IMG/VR virus record: IMGVR_UViG_3300026521_000636
Direction: 5' to 3' (one strand)
DNA length: 20,000 bases
Source of the DNA: an uncultured virus (IMG/VR IMGVR_UViG_3300026521_000636)
Lineage: Duplodnaviria > Heunggongvirae > Uroviricota > Caudoviricetes
This document shows, piece by piece, positions 1 through 7,951 of the stretch (the stretch's first letter is position 1; each line of letters starts with the position of its first letter). The notes beneath the pieces were generated by a model. The model made no database searches. It had not been told where the DNA came from and saw only the letters and a list, made by a program, of their open reading frames with translations. The position numbers and the translations under genes are program-made.

Positions 1-2
1 TA

Positions 3-680
3 ACTATACAATTCTCTATGAAGTCTAAATATTCTAAATTGTTATATGAATTATTAAAAGATTATGAAGGTATAAATACAAAACAATTTGAGTTGAATGT
101 TTTAATGGACTTGATCAACGTTAGTGAAGATTCGCAGAGAGTATGGTCAATATTCAACCAAAACATTCTCAAAAAGGCAGTTAAAGAAATCAATGAGAAA
201 TCGGATATAAAAGTTTCGTATGAACCTATTAAAGAAAGACCTGATAATGGCAGGTTACAAGTAACTAAAATTAAGTTTATAATAGAAGAGCAACAATGTG
301 CTTTAATAGATAGTCAAGAGCCTGAAATGTCAATAGAAGAACAATTGCTTTATAATAAAAAAAGGGCTATAGCAGAAGAAAGATTAGAAAAGGCAAAACA
401 ATTCCAAGAAATCAATAATGAAGAAGCATGGATTAAAAAGACTATTAAATCTATTACAGATGATTATGTTGAATTACAGGATTTAATAGAAGAGTCTAAA
501 GAAGTTTTAGATAATACAGATTTATCAAAATTCAATGATTTATTGTTAATAAAATATGGCGATTTAGTTGGTATGGTAGATTATAAATTATGTTATGTTT
601 TTGATGATACACAAGCACCACTTACAAGTAATGCTTATGAAACTTATTTGGTTTTAGAAGAATTAAAATCTAATCCATAG
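3..680 (+). CDS. Rep_3-family (RepB/RepE-like) replication initiator, 5'-truncated by window edge
   Basis: Motifs SKYSKLLYELL, F-NQNILKKAVKEINEKSDIKVSYEPIK and GR..VTKIKF are typical of the second winged helix of Rep_3 initiators. The frame is open from position 3 (TIQFS-MKSKY), so ATG 18 is probably internal. Confidence 0.8.
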   Translation, partial: TIQFSMKSKYSKLLYELLKDYEGINTKQFELNVLMDLINVSEDSQRVWSIFNQNILKKAVKEINEKSDIKVSYEPIKERPDNGRLQVTKIKFIIEEQQCALIDSQEPEMSIEEQLLYNKKRAIAEERLEKAKQFQEINNEEAWIKKTIKSITDDYVELQDLIEESKEVLDNTDLSKFNDLLLIKYGDLVGMVDYKLCYVFDDTQAPLTSNAYETYLVLEELKSNP

Positions 681-1248
681 AAGTATGATAAAGCATCCAG
701 AATGTAACTAAAAACATAGTTATAGCATCAGTATGAATATCTGAATTAAAGAAATAATCGTTGATATCTTCATATCTAATATGGACTACATTTATATCTT
801 CCTCTGCTAGTCCACCACCTTCAGAAACTTGCATATCATTTGTTACTTCTGCAATAAATGTATGGGATTCTGTACCAGCAGTACCTACTGAACTTTTTAA
901 TGTTTTGAGAAACTTGATATTATCCATTGGTACATCAAAACCACATTCTTCCAATATCTCTTCTTTAACAATTTGCTTTATATCTTTATTTTTATCAACA
1001 AGACCCGCACATGCTTCCGTTACTCTACCACCTTGTGAATCATCATTACATAAAACCGGAACTCTTACCTGTTCAACAACAATAATTTCACCCGATTCCA
1101 TGTTATCTATAAGAACATGTACAGAATCATGAGACTTAATACGCTCCCATACAAAAGGTTCTCCATCTCTCTCAGCTTTAACAAGTTCTGTTTTTACAAA
1201 CTTCGGCGATTTATTTTCCACAATATCTTTTATTACAACAGTTTTCAT
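670..1248 (-). CDS. NUDIX hydrolase, ADP-ribose/NDP-sugar pyrophosphatase (NudF/NudK-like)
   Basis: Nudix-box variant AGLVDKNKDIKQIVKEEILEECGF, upstream SVHVL..VEQVRVPV, downstream GGGLAEEDI and TDAITMF. Confidence 0.85.
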   Translation of the reverse strand: MKTVVIKDIVENKSPKFVKTELVKAERDGEPFVWERIKSHDSVHVLIDNMESGEIIVVEQVRVPVLCNDDSQGGRVTEACAGLVDKNKDIKQIVKEEILEECGFDVPMDNIKFLKTLKSSVGTAGTESHTFIAEVTNDMQVSEGGGLAEEDINVVHIRYEDINDYFFNSDIHTDAITMFLVTFWMLYHTSMD

Positions 1249-1249
1249 A

Positions 1250-1498
1250 TTAACCCTTTATCATTTCAGTTATTTTATTTGCTATCTCTCTAGCATCTTC
1301 ATCGTCATCAAAAGCATAATCTAAATCTGCTAAATCTGATATAAGTCTTCTTAATTCAACGATTTCTTCTTTTGAAGCTTTATCACTCCAGTCCATAATA
1401 TCTGTATAATCGATATTTACAACACCATCAAAACCTTGTGCTAAATCCATTAATACACTACATACATCAGCAGGTATTCTATCAGTAACCATATTCAT
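1250..1498 (-). CDS. small acidic hypothetical protein, paralog of 14658..14909
   Basis: GGAGA RBS upstream. Shares DLAQ..IDY.DI..I.D.A.LD..F.DDE with 14658..14909. Confidence 0.75.
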   Translation of the reverse strand: MNMVTDRIPADVCSVLMDLAQGFDGVVNIDYTDIMDWSDKASKEEIVELRRLISDLADLDYAFDDDEDAREIANKITEMIKG

Positions 1499-1499
1499 C

Positions 1500-1595
1500 T
1501 TAATCTCCCGTTGTCAAAGCTATCATCAAAAAGAAAAAAGCAAAAGCCATTTGGTCATAAACCACACATAAAAAAGCCAATACCCACCAAATCAT
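1500..1595 (-). CDS. 31-aa hydrophobic peptide (MIWWVLAFLCVVYDQMAFAFFFLMIALTTGD), not in ORF track
   Basis: ATG overlaps the TAA of 1595..1807 (TAATG coupling) and the ORF exactly fills the gap to the next gene. Confidence 0.6.
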   Translation of the reverse strand: MIWWVLAFLCVVYDQMAFAFFFLMIALTTGD

Positions 1596-1807
1596 TACGA
1601 AAGACCAATATCATTTTCATCAGCAATCATAACTACTACTGAGTATGATACTTCCATAATCTTACTAACCTTATCAGCTGGTGTAAATAACAAAGAGCTA
1701 GCAATATTTTTATAAAGAGTTTTTGGTGATAAACCATAAGGGTCTGTACTAACAGCTTCTTCCAACATTAATTTTAAACTCTCTGGAATTTCGTTATAAT
1801 CTTTCAT
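1595..1807 (-). CDS. hypothetical protein
   Basis: First gene behind promoter/RBS repeat (AAAGGA). Confidence 0.75.
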   Translation of the reverse strand: MKDYNEIPESLKLMLEEAVSTDPYGLSPKTLYKNIASSLLFTPADKVSKIMEVSYSVVVMIADENDIGLS

Positions 1808-1864
1808 AAGTATCCTTTTATTTAATTATGTCATATTATAACATAAAATAGGTAAAAAGTCAAG
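1808..1864 (-). promoter_or_regulatory. promoter+RBS repeat copy (TTGACT 1863-1858, TATAAT 1840-1835)
   Basis: Minus strand: CTTGACTTTTTACCTATTTTATGTTATAATATGACATAATTAAATAAAAGGATACTT-ATG, 17-bp spacer. Confidence 0.9.
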
Positions 1865-1872
1865 TTATTTTG

Positions 1873-2616
1873 TTAAAATATAAACATATCTTGTAATTGT
1901 TGAGGTAAAAAGCTATTATCTCCACTCATCTCTGCAACTTTAATTTTTATATTTGCATCATAATCTTTATGTTTTAAAATTCGGAGTTGTGCTCTACTTA
2001 ATCCATCTGAATCTATAGCTAGGAACATATAGTCGGCAGTATAACCTAAACTATTAAAAAAATTCATATTTAAATCAGCTTCATAAAAATTATTTTGTAA
2101 TTCTTTAAGAGATGATAAAGAAGATCCAGTATGCATATCAGAAAGAATTTCACCAAAAAATCCATAATGATTTTTAAACGTAGATATAATATGTTTCTCT
2201 AATCCATTTAAAAGCAAATCAAATGCAAACCGTTGATAATTACTCACCTTATTTAATTTATCTGCTACATCATTAATGATTTCTTCATCTAATGCATCAT
2301 TTTCTATAAACATCTTCATAGGATTTTTTAAACTATCGTCTTTATTTTGATAATAATCAACTAGCAGAGAATATATAAAACTTTTTGAAATTTTAAAATG
2401 ATGTTTTCTTTGTTGCAATTGTTCTATCTGCATGTCCCTTTCCTTTTTAGCTTGAGTAACAGCTTTATAACTTTCTATGATTTCATCATACTCATCAGGG
2501 TATAACTCTTCATTATTAATTTCAAAAGGTATTTCACACAATCCATCAGAAAAGAGAGGACAACCATCCCCACAATTTCCATTCATTCCAATAGACTCAC
2601 AAGTATATGTAATCAT
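1873..2616 (-). CDS. hypothetical protein with N-terminal Cys cluster
   Basis: 247-aa ORF behind a promoter repeat. C-x8-C-x3-C-x7-C at the N-terminus. Confidence 0.75.
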   Translation of the reverse strand: MITYTCESIGMNGNCGDGCPLFSDGLCEIPFEINNEELYPDEYDEIIESYKAVTQAKKERDMQIEQLQQRKHHFKISKSFIYSLLVDYYQNKDDSLKNPMKMFIENDALDEEIINDVADKLNKVSNYQRFAFDLLLNGLEKHIISTFKNHYGFFGEILSDMHTGSSLSSLKELQNNFYEADLNMNFFNSLGYTADYMFLAIDSDGLSRAQLRILKHKDYDANIKIKVAEMSGDNSFLPQQLQDMFIF

Positions 2617-2673
2617 AATACACCTTTTCTTTAATTATGTCATATTATATCATTATTTGAGTAAAAAGTCAAG
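2617..2673 (-). promoter_or_regulatory. promoter+RBS repeat copy (TTGACT 2672-2667, TATAAT 2649-2644)
   Basis: Minus strand: CTTGACTTTTTACTCAAATAATGATATAATATGACATAATTAAAGAAAAGGTGTATT-ATG. Confidence 0.9.
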
Positions 2674-2683
2674 TTAATATGTT

Positions 2684-2718
2684 GGGGGATTCTAATTGAT
2701 AATGATTATTATTATCAA
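2684..2718. promoter_or_regulatory. Fur-box-like palindrome with G-run (copy 1)
   Basis: 2698-2716 reads GATAATAATAATCATTATC on the minus strand, 18/19 to the canonical Fur box GATAATGATAATCATTATC. Confidence 0.6.
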
Positions 2719-2791
2719 TATTGATAAATGTATTTTAAGTTTAGTTTAAAATAAGTTGGGTGTTAAATTTAAGTGGATTTTAATAAAAGGT

Positions 2792-2816
2792 GGAATTTCT
2801 CTTTAAAAGAAATTCC
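2792..2816 (-). terminator. possible intrinsic terminator hairpin
   Basis: GGAATTTCT-N7-AGAAATTCC, followed on the minus strand by ACCTTTTATT, downstream of 2907..3173. Confidence 0.4.
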
Positions 2817-2906
2817 GGCGAAATAATAAAAATCATAACGAACTTTTTCTTTGTTTTGATTTATATTAATTTTATTTATGTAAGAAAATATTTTTTTATT
2901 AATTTT

Positions 2907-3173
2907 TTAATAAATCTTAGGGTTTATTACCGTTATTTCATATATTTTTGTTCTAATATTATAAGTTACACCCATAACAAAAGGTTTTTGGCGGAATTTT
3001 ATATTTGGTAAAAAATGCACAATATCAAAAAAAATATCATTTGGAATGAGTCTATCAAATTCCCCATGCTTATATTTTAAAATTATAAAATCATCTTTAG
3101 ATTTTTTTATTGCTGCATCTTTATAAAATCTAGAGAGTAATTTTTCAATATCTTCTTCTTTAACATTTTTCAA
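2907..3173 (-). CDS. hypothetical protein (TTG start)
   Basis: Begins 1 nt after the stop of 3175..3390, GAGGA upstream. Confidence 0.6.
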   Translation of the reverse strand: MKNVKEEDIEKLLSRFYKDAAIKKSKDDFIILKYKHGEFDRLIPNDIFFDIVHFLPNIKFRQKPFVMGVTYNIRTKIYEITVINPKIY

Positions 3174-3174
3174 A

Positions 3175-3390
3175 TTAAAAATCCTCTAAAAGCATTTTAA
3201 CCGTATCCTCAAAACTTTCTTTAATCATTGATCGTCTAATCATCTCTGTTTTTATTGCAGCCAATAATTTTTCAGCCTTTAATCGTTCATCATGAGCATC
3301 ATCAGTCCCATCAAAAACATGATCGAATAATCCTGCATCAGTTACATTATCTCCTACTTTTGTAAAAGGTCCTTTTCCAGTCATTTCCAT
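3175..3390 (-). CDS. hypothetical protein
   Basis: GGAGA RBS and its own promoter at 3417-3445. Confidence 0.75.
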   Translation of the reverse strand: MEMTGKGPFTKVGDNVTDAGLFDHVFDGTDDAHDERLKAEKLLAAIKTEMIRRSMIKESFEDTVKMLLEDF

Positions 3391-3416
3391 AATAATTTCT
3401 CCATTCTTATTAATAT

Positions 3417-3445
3417 ATTATACCACAATTTACTAAATAAATCAA
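3417..3445 (-). promoter_or_regulatory. sigma70-type promoter TTGATT-N17-TATAAT
   Basis: Minus strand: CTTGATTTATTTAGTAAATTGTGGTATAAT, directly after the TAG of the 673-aa gene. Confidence 0.8.
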
Positions 3446-3446
3446 G

Positions 3447-5468
3447 CTATTTAGTAGCTGTAGCATATTTCATTGCAGTTTTAAACTGTTTTTCATCTGT
3501 TAAGTCTAAATACCCTTTCCATTCCATTGCTCCAGGCATCATATCAATTCCTGCTGCAAAATCTGCAGGATTACCAGGTAAAGCTGAAATTCGACCCTGT
3601 GCAGTTTCAATACTAATTCCAGTCATGGTTAAAAATTTCTTAACTGAAATCGTAAATTTAACATCCTCTGACATTTTAAAGATTCTACTACCAAAATATT
3701 TATCTATAACTTTTTTTGCTTTAAGAGTTCTTGCAACCTGAGCTTCAGCAGAACTTGTAGCTTGTGATAAAGCGTGATCTCTAATCATTTCATCTGCTAA
3801 TTTATTATTTGTAACCAATTTAAGTGTTGGTACTTTAAGTTTAATATCTTTCTTAGATAATGCTATATCTTCATGCAAGGTATCAACATTAATTTTAAAC
3901 TGTTTTGCTATTTCAGATCCAATATTCTTAAACGTTTCCGCAATTATTTCATTAAAAGTATAATTGAATTTAACTGGAGCCTCAGTATATTTATCCCACC
4001 CAAAATCATTTAATAACATATTATTTAATTTAGCTTTTTGCATATCATAATTTTTCTTAATAGTTTGCAAAGTAAGAGTAATTACCGGATTGTCAAAATG
4101 TTTTATAATCGCGTCTAAAACATTATCTGGAGTAACACCTACTGTATAACCAGGTTTTAAACCATATTTAATACAATTATAAACATCTGTAAAAGCATCT
4201 TTAATTTTTGGAATTTGATCTTCATTAGGTTTGAATCCATATCGTAACCATACATAACCACCCATACCAATATTTGCATGTAGCTCAACTTTTTTAATTC
4301 CAGCAGCTTTATATAATTTCAACATATCAGTAATTGCTGATTTAGATAAACCTGTCTTTTGAGCCGATGGTGGAACTTCAAATAGTGTGTGTTGTACCTT
4401 CTCAATCTCCCCATTATCACCAATAGTAAATGTTCTAGTAAAGTTTGTTTCCTCTTGAATATCTTGAAAACTTACTACTAGTTGATTACCAATCATTTTA
4501 CTAGTTGTTAAAAATTCTCTATTTAATTCATTAGGAATAAACTTTGCAAAATTTACAAGAATATCAGATACCATAACACTTACTACTTTCTTGATTTTTT
4601 TAGCTTTTTTCTCTGGATATTTACTTAAATCAATATCATTAATTGCAGCATGTAATTGATTCTCAACAATATCAGCTTTAGCCTCAACTTCTGGTGAAAT
4701 TTTTGCTTCCTTAAATTTAATTTTTGAATATTCTTCAATATCAACTAAATCTATATCTAACTCATGGGTTAATGTTTCTACTTCAGACATCTTTGAATCC
4801 AAAACATCATTATTTTTAGAAATTCGTTCATTTACAGTTTTGCTAATAATATCAATTTCTTCAGTACTCATAGAACGTAATTTAGAATTTAAATCCGGTT
4901 CTAAATCATTTTGAGTATCCTCAGCAGGTATAACTTCCTCATCATTTTGGTTGATTTGTTGAGGTTTTACATCATTTTCAAAAACAAGTATTCTTGTTAG
5001 TTCTAATGTATCCCTACCCCTTAATCCCGGCTTTTCGTGTAATAAAGTTTTTGCAAACTTAATTATAACTTTTTTCTGATAATCGTTTAATTCACCATGC
5101 TTTGTTTTTGCAAAAGCTGTTCCTAAAACTGATGGTTTATAGCTATTAATCTTTGCATAACGTAATAGAGTTTCAAATAATAAATCGTATAATTTTTTCT
5201 TATGAGGTTTTAATGCAGCTATCGATTTTTTAGTCTTTAAAACTTTTCTTAAACTATTGTATCTAGTAGTTATTTCTTTTAAGTTTTCACTTTCTTCAAA
5301 TGCTTTTTTTACTTTAGGTCCGGTAGGTAGGGACTCATAATCTCTTAATTGACATGTAAGAATTAACCTTAAAATATTAACAGGTTCTGAATATTTTTTA
5401 AATTTTGTACCGTCTACTGGAGTATAATTTTCTCTCTCAAGCAATTCTACTATTCTTGCCATTTTCAT
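3447..5468 (-). CDS. large protein with central GNAT-like acetyltransferase domain
   Basis: HTLFEVPPSAQKTGLSKSAITDMLKLYKAAGIKKVELHANIGMGGYVWLRYGF resembles GNAT motifs A and B (about nt 4230-4450). AAAGGA RBS. Confidence 0.6.
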   Translation of the reverse strand: MKMARIVELLERENYTPVDGTKFKKYSEPVNILRLILTCQLRDYESLPTGPKVKKAFEESENLKEITTRYNSLRKVLKTKKSIAALKPHKKKLYDLLFETLLRYAKINSYKPSVLGTAFAKTKHGELNDYQKKVIIKFAKTLLHEKPGLRGRDTLELTRILVFENDVKPQQINQNDEEVIPAEDTQNDLEPDLNSKLRSMSTEEIDIISKTVNERISKNNDVLDSKMSEVETLTHELDIDLVDIEEYSKIKFKEAKISPEVEAKADIVENQLHAAINDIDLSKYPEKKAKKIKKVVSVMVSDILVNFAKFIPNELNREFLTTSKMIGNQLVVSFQDIQEETNFTRTFTIGDNGEIEKVQHTLFEVPPSAQKTGLSKSAITDMLKLYKAAGIKKVELHANIGMGGYVWLRYGFKPNEDQIPKIKDAFTDVYNCIKYGLKPGYTVGVTPDNVLDAIIKHFDNPVITLTLQTIKKNYDMQKAKLNNMLLNDFGWDKYTEAPVKFNYTFNEIIAETFKNIGSEIAKQFKINVDTLHEDIALSKKDIKLKVPTLKLVTNNKLADEMIRDHALSQATSSAEAQVARTLKAKKVIDKYFGSRIFKMSEDVKFTISVKKFLTMTGISIETAQGRISALPGNPADFAAGIDMMPGAMEWKGYLDLTDEKQFKTAMKYATATK

Positions 5469-5523
5469 TCCTTTATCTGTTTTAATCTATTTATTCAAAA
5501 AATAACTTTATTTTTAAAAAAAT

Positions 5524-5565
5524 GGGGGGTGCTAATTGATAATGATTATTAAAATCATTATCAAA
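5524..5565. promoter_or_regulatory. Fur-box-like palindrome with G-run (copy 2)
   Basis: TTGATAATGATT-N5-AATCATTATCAA (5536-5564). 5531-5565 is a perfect 35-bp inverted copy of 12714-12748. Confidence 0.6.
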
Positions 5566-5585
5566 TAATTTTAAGATTAAATTAA

Positions 5586-5631
5586 GGGTCTAAATGATTT
5601 TGATAATAATAATCATTATCAATTTGACCCC
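5586..5631. promoter_or_regulatory. Fur-box-like palindrome with C-run (copy 3)
   Basis: GATAATAATAATCATTATC at 5602-5620 (18/19 to Fur box), enclosed by GGGTC...GACCC. Confidence 0.6.
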
Positions 5632-5707
5632 GACACCTCTTGAAATTCTAAAATAACTTTTCTTATTTCGATTGCTAAGGTAGTTGAAAAAATTCCCTGA
5701 TAAATCC

Positions 5708-5736
5708 TTGACTTATTTACTTTATTTTGATATAAT
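5708..5736 (+). promoter_or_regulatory. sigma70-type promoter for Sir2 gene
   Basis: TTGACT-N17-TATAAT with extended -10 TG. Confidence 0.85.
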
Positions 5737-5767
5737 ATATCTATAATAAATAAAAGGAAAATAAACT

Positions 5768-6613
5768 ATGGAGATGAATGTGATTAAAGCAATAGAGGAA
5801 GCAGAAGTAGTTATTATTACAGCAGGTGCTGGGATCGGGATTGATTCTGGCCTACCAGATTTTCGTGGAAATGAAGGAATGTGGAAAGCTTACCCACCAC
5901 TAAAAAAGAAAAATATTGACTTTATGTCAATTGCTAATCCAAAACAATTTAAACAATATCCTGAACTTGCTTGGGCTTTTTACGGTCATCGTTTTGACAC
6001 TTATAAAGCGACAACTCCAAATATTGGTTTTGCAGCCTTGAAAGAGTTAGTTAAAGATAAAAAAGATTATTTCATTGTTACATCGAATGTTGATGGACAA
6101 TTTCAGAAAGCCGGATTTGATAAAAATAAAGTATATGAAGTGCATGGAAGAATCAATAAGTTTCAATGTACTGATTGTAATGCAGAACCTTGGGATGCAC
6201 CGGAAGATACAAAGTTTGATGTGGATCCCAACACGTTTAAAATTAAAGGGGAACTTCCAAAATGTCCTAAATGTGGTGCAATGGCTAGACCAAATATTAT
6301 GATGTTTAATGATTTTGGATTTAATACGAAAGAAACTTCTGAACAAGAAAAACGTTTCAATCAATTCATGCATAAGTATGACAAAAACGGTACAAAAATA
6401 GTAGTTATTGAAATTGGTGCTGGTACAGCAATACCAACTATTAGAAATATGGGTGAATTTATACAAGAAAAAATACCGGATGCGCAGCTTGTTAGAATTA
6501 ATCCTAGAGAATCTCATGGTCCAATAGGTACAATATCAATTCCAAAAGGTGGCGTTGAAGCATTAGGTGAAATTCTACCTAAGAAAATAGCAGATCTATT
6601 TTTTGTGAAATAA
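5768..6613 (+). CDS. Sir2-family NAD-dependent deacylase
   Basis: AGAGIGIDSGLPDFRG, TSNVDGQFQKAG, EVHG (catalytic His present), Zn ligands CTDC/CPKC, RPNIMMF, EIGAGT, RINP. Confidence 0.93.
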   Translation: MEMNVIKAIEEAEVVIITAGAGIGIDSGLPDFRGNEGMWKAYPPLKKKNIDFMSIANPKQFKQYPELAWAFYGHRFDTYKATTPNIGFAALKELVKDKKDYFIVTSNVDGQFQKAGFDKNKVYEVHGRINKFQCTDCNAEPWDAPEDTKFDVDPNTFKIKGELPKCPKCGAMARPNIMMFNDFGFNTKETSEQEKRFNQFMHKYDKNGTKIVVIEIGAGTAIPTIRNMGEFIQEKIPDAQLVRINPRESHGPIGTISIPKGGVEALGEILPKKIADLFFVK

Positions 6614-7834
6614 TTATCCCATTGTATAACTAATAGAGCAATTCTTTATATATTCTGTGGTTTCTACAATATCATAGTGACCTTTTTTCATAAATGATTG
6701 GATCTTCATCCTAGTGTCTCTGGCACTAGTAGATACCTCAACACCTTTTTCTATATCATAGAGCTTATAATTATTATTAACTGTTATAAATTGATTATCT
6801 TTACTATAATCTTGTAAAACCACTAAACCTTCGTGCTCATAGTTATTATATTTGATATTATTCAACCATTCTTGTAATAACACTTTAGCTTCATATTCAT
6901 CTCTTAATTTAAAAGCTTCTTTTCGTAGCTTATGTTTGTATGCTTCAGGATTTTCTATAGCATCTTTTGTTTTGAATCTCGTTATTTCTTTAAACTTACG
7001 ATTTATATCTCTTTCTACATAATATGCAACTTTTCTATTCATCAAAAATTCTTTACTAAAGTACGTATCTGGATCTTCAACTTCAGGTGCAACATGTGTT
7101 ACTATTCTAACTTCAGCTGTTTGTACTCTATTTGTTTCAGCAACAGTTGATTTAATTTTATTATATTCAAAATATAAATTTGTTTTTTCATTTAACTCTT
7201 TAGAAACCCTCTTTAAAATATTGCTATTTAACCTTGACCAAGTAAGCTCTTTATATTCCAAACCAAAATCGATCATTCGCACTAATTCTTCTATTGAATA
7301 AGTGCTTACAGTTCTATCTTTTTTATAGAATTTTTCATAAATTATTTTGCTATATTTGCTTTTCAATCCATACTTATCAATTCTATACAACAATGCAAAT
7401 AAATGCAGATTATTTCTCAATAACTTAACTAAAGTAGTATTTACAATAATATTCAATCTTTTATTAATGTCATTATCAGTACTACTTATATTATATTGAT
7501 AAACAAATGTTGCTTTAGACATAAGAACACTATTATCATTTTCATGGTATATTGTTGCAACAGATTTTGAAAGCGATTCAAGTGTTTGCATGATAGTTTC
7601 AATACGCAATTCTAAAAAACCCAATGATGAAGATAATTCATGCATATTAGTATCTATCACGTATCCTAATTGATTTCGATCAATACCTTCCGTAGCAAAA
7701 GCATCATCTCGTTCAACAATATTAATAAGTACATTAACTAAGTCAATTTCAGATTTTGTAATATTCCAAAAGAGATGTTTAAATTTAGATTGCAACCATA
7801 AGACCTTTATAATTTTTAAATTATTTATACTCAA
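6614..7834 (-). CDS. second Rep_3-family replication initiator-like protein (start uncertain, TTG)
   Basis: LKSKYSKIIYE, W-SRLNSNILKRVSKELNEKTNLYFEYNKIK and N-terminal ITKSEIDLVNVLI. Aligns by eye with 3..680. Confidence 0.72.
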   Translation of the reverse strand: MSINNLKIIKVLWLQSKFKHLFWNITKSEIDLVNVLINIVERDDAFATEGIDRNQLGYVIDTNMHELSSSLGFLELRIETIMQTLESLSKSVATIYHENDNSVLMSKATFVYQYNISSTDNDINKRLNIIVNTTLVKLLRNNLHLFALLYRIDKYGLKSKYSKIIYEKFYKKDRTVSTYSIEELVRMIDFGLEYKELTWSRLNSNILKRVSKELNEKTNLYFEYNKIKSTVAETNRVQTAEVRIVTHVAPEVEDPDTYFSKEFLMNRKVAYYVERDINRKFKEITRFKTKDAIENPEAYKHKLRKEAFKLRDEYEAKVLLQEWLNNIKYNNYEHEGLVVLQDYSKDNQFITVNNNYKLYDIEKGVEVSTSARDTRMKIQSFMKKGHYDIVETTEYIKNCSISYTMG

Positions 7835-7913
7835 TATTTTACAAAAAACTAAAAAATATTTTTTAAGTTTTTTTAGTTTTGGGGTTATTTTTATATTCCT
7901 TTAAGTAAATTTG

Positions 7914-7922
7914 TGATATAAT
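7914..7922 (+). promoter_or_regulatory. extended -10 promoter (TGATATAAT), no canonical -35
   Basis: Same spacing to AAAGGA RBS and ATG 7952 as the other promoters. Confidence 0.6.
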
Positions 7923-7951
7923 ATTTCATATTAAAAATAAAAAGGAAAAAC

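Noticed and set aside
761..1132. Shadow ORFs 761..1132, 2477..2677, 2790..3011, 6047..6517, 6075..6302, 6163..6360, 6932..7150, 8671..8946, 15081..15383, 16212..16394, 17252..17473
   Set aside because: They overlap better-supported genes in antisense or another frame and lack clear RBS/promoter support.
5524..5631. MITE or Tn3-like element with GGGG...CCCC ends
   Set aside because: No target-site duplication or transposase. Single copies occur elsewhere oriented to promoters, which fits a binding site better.
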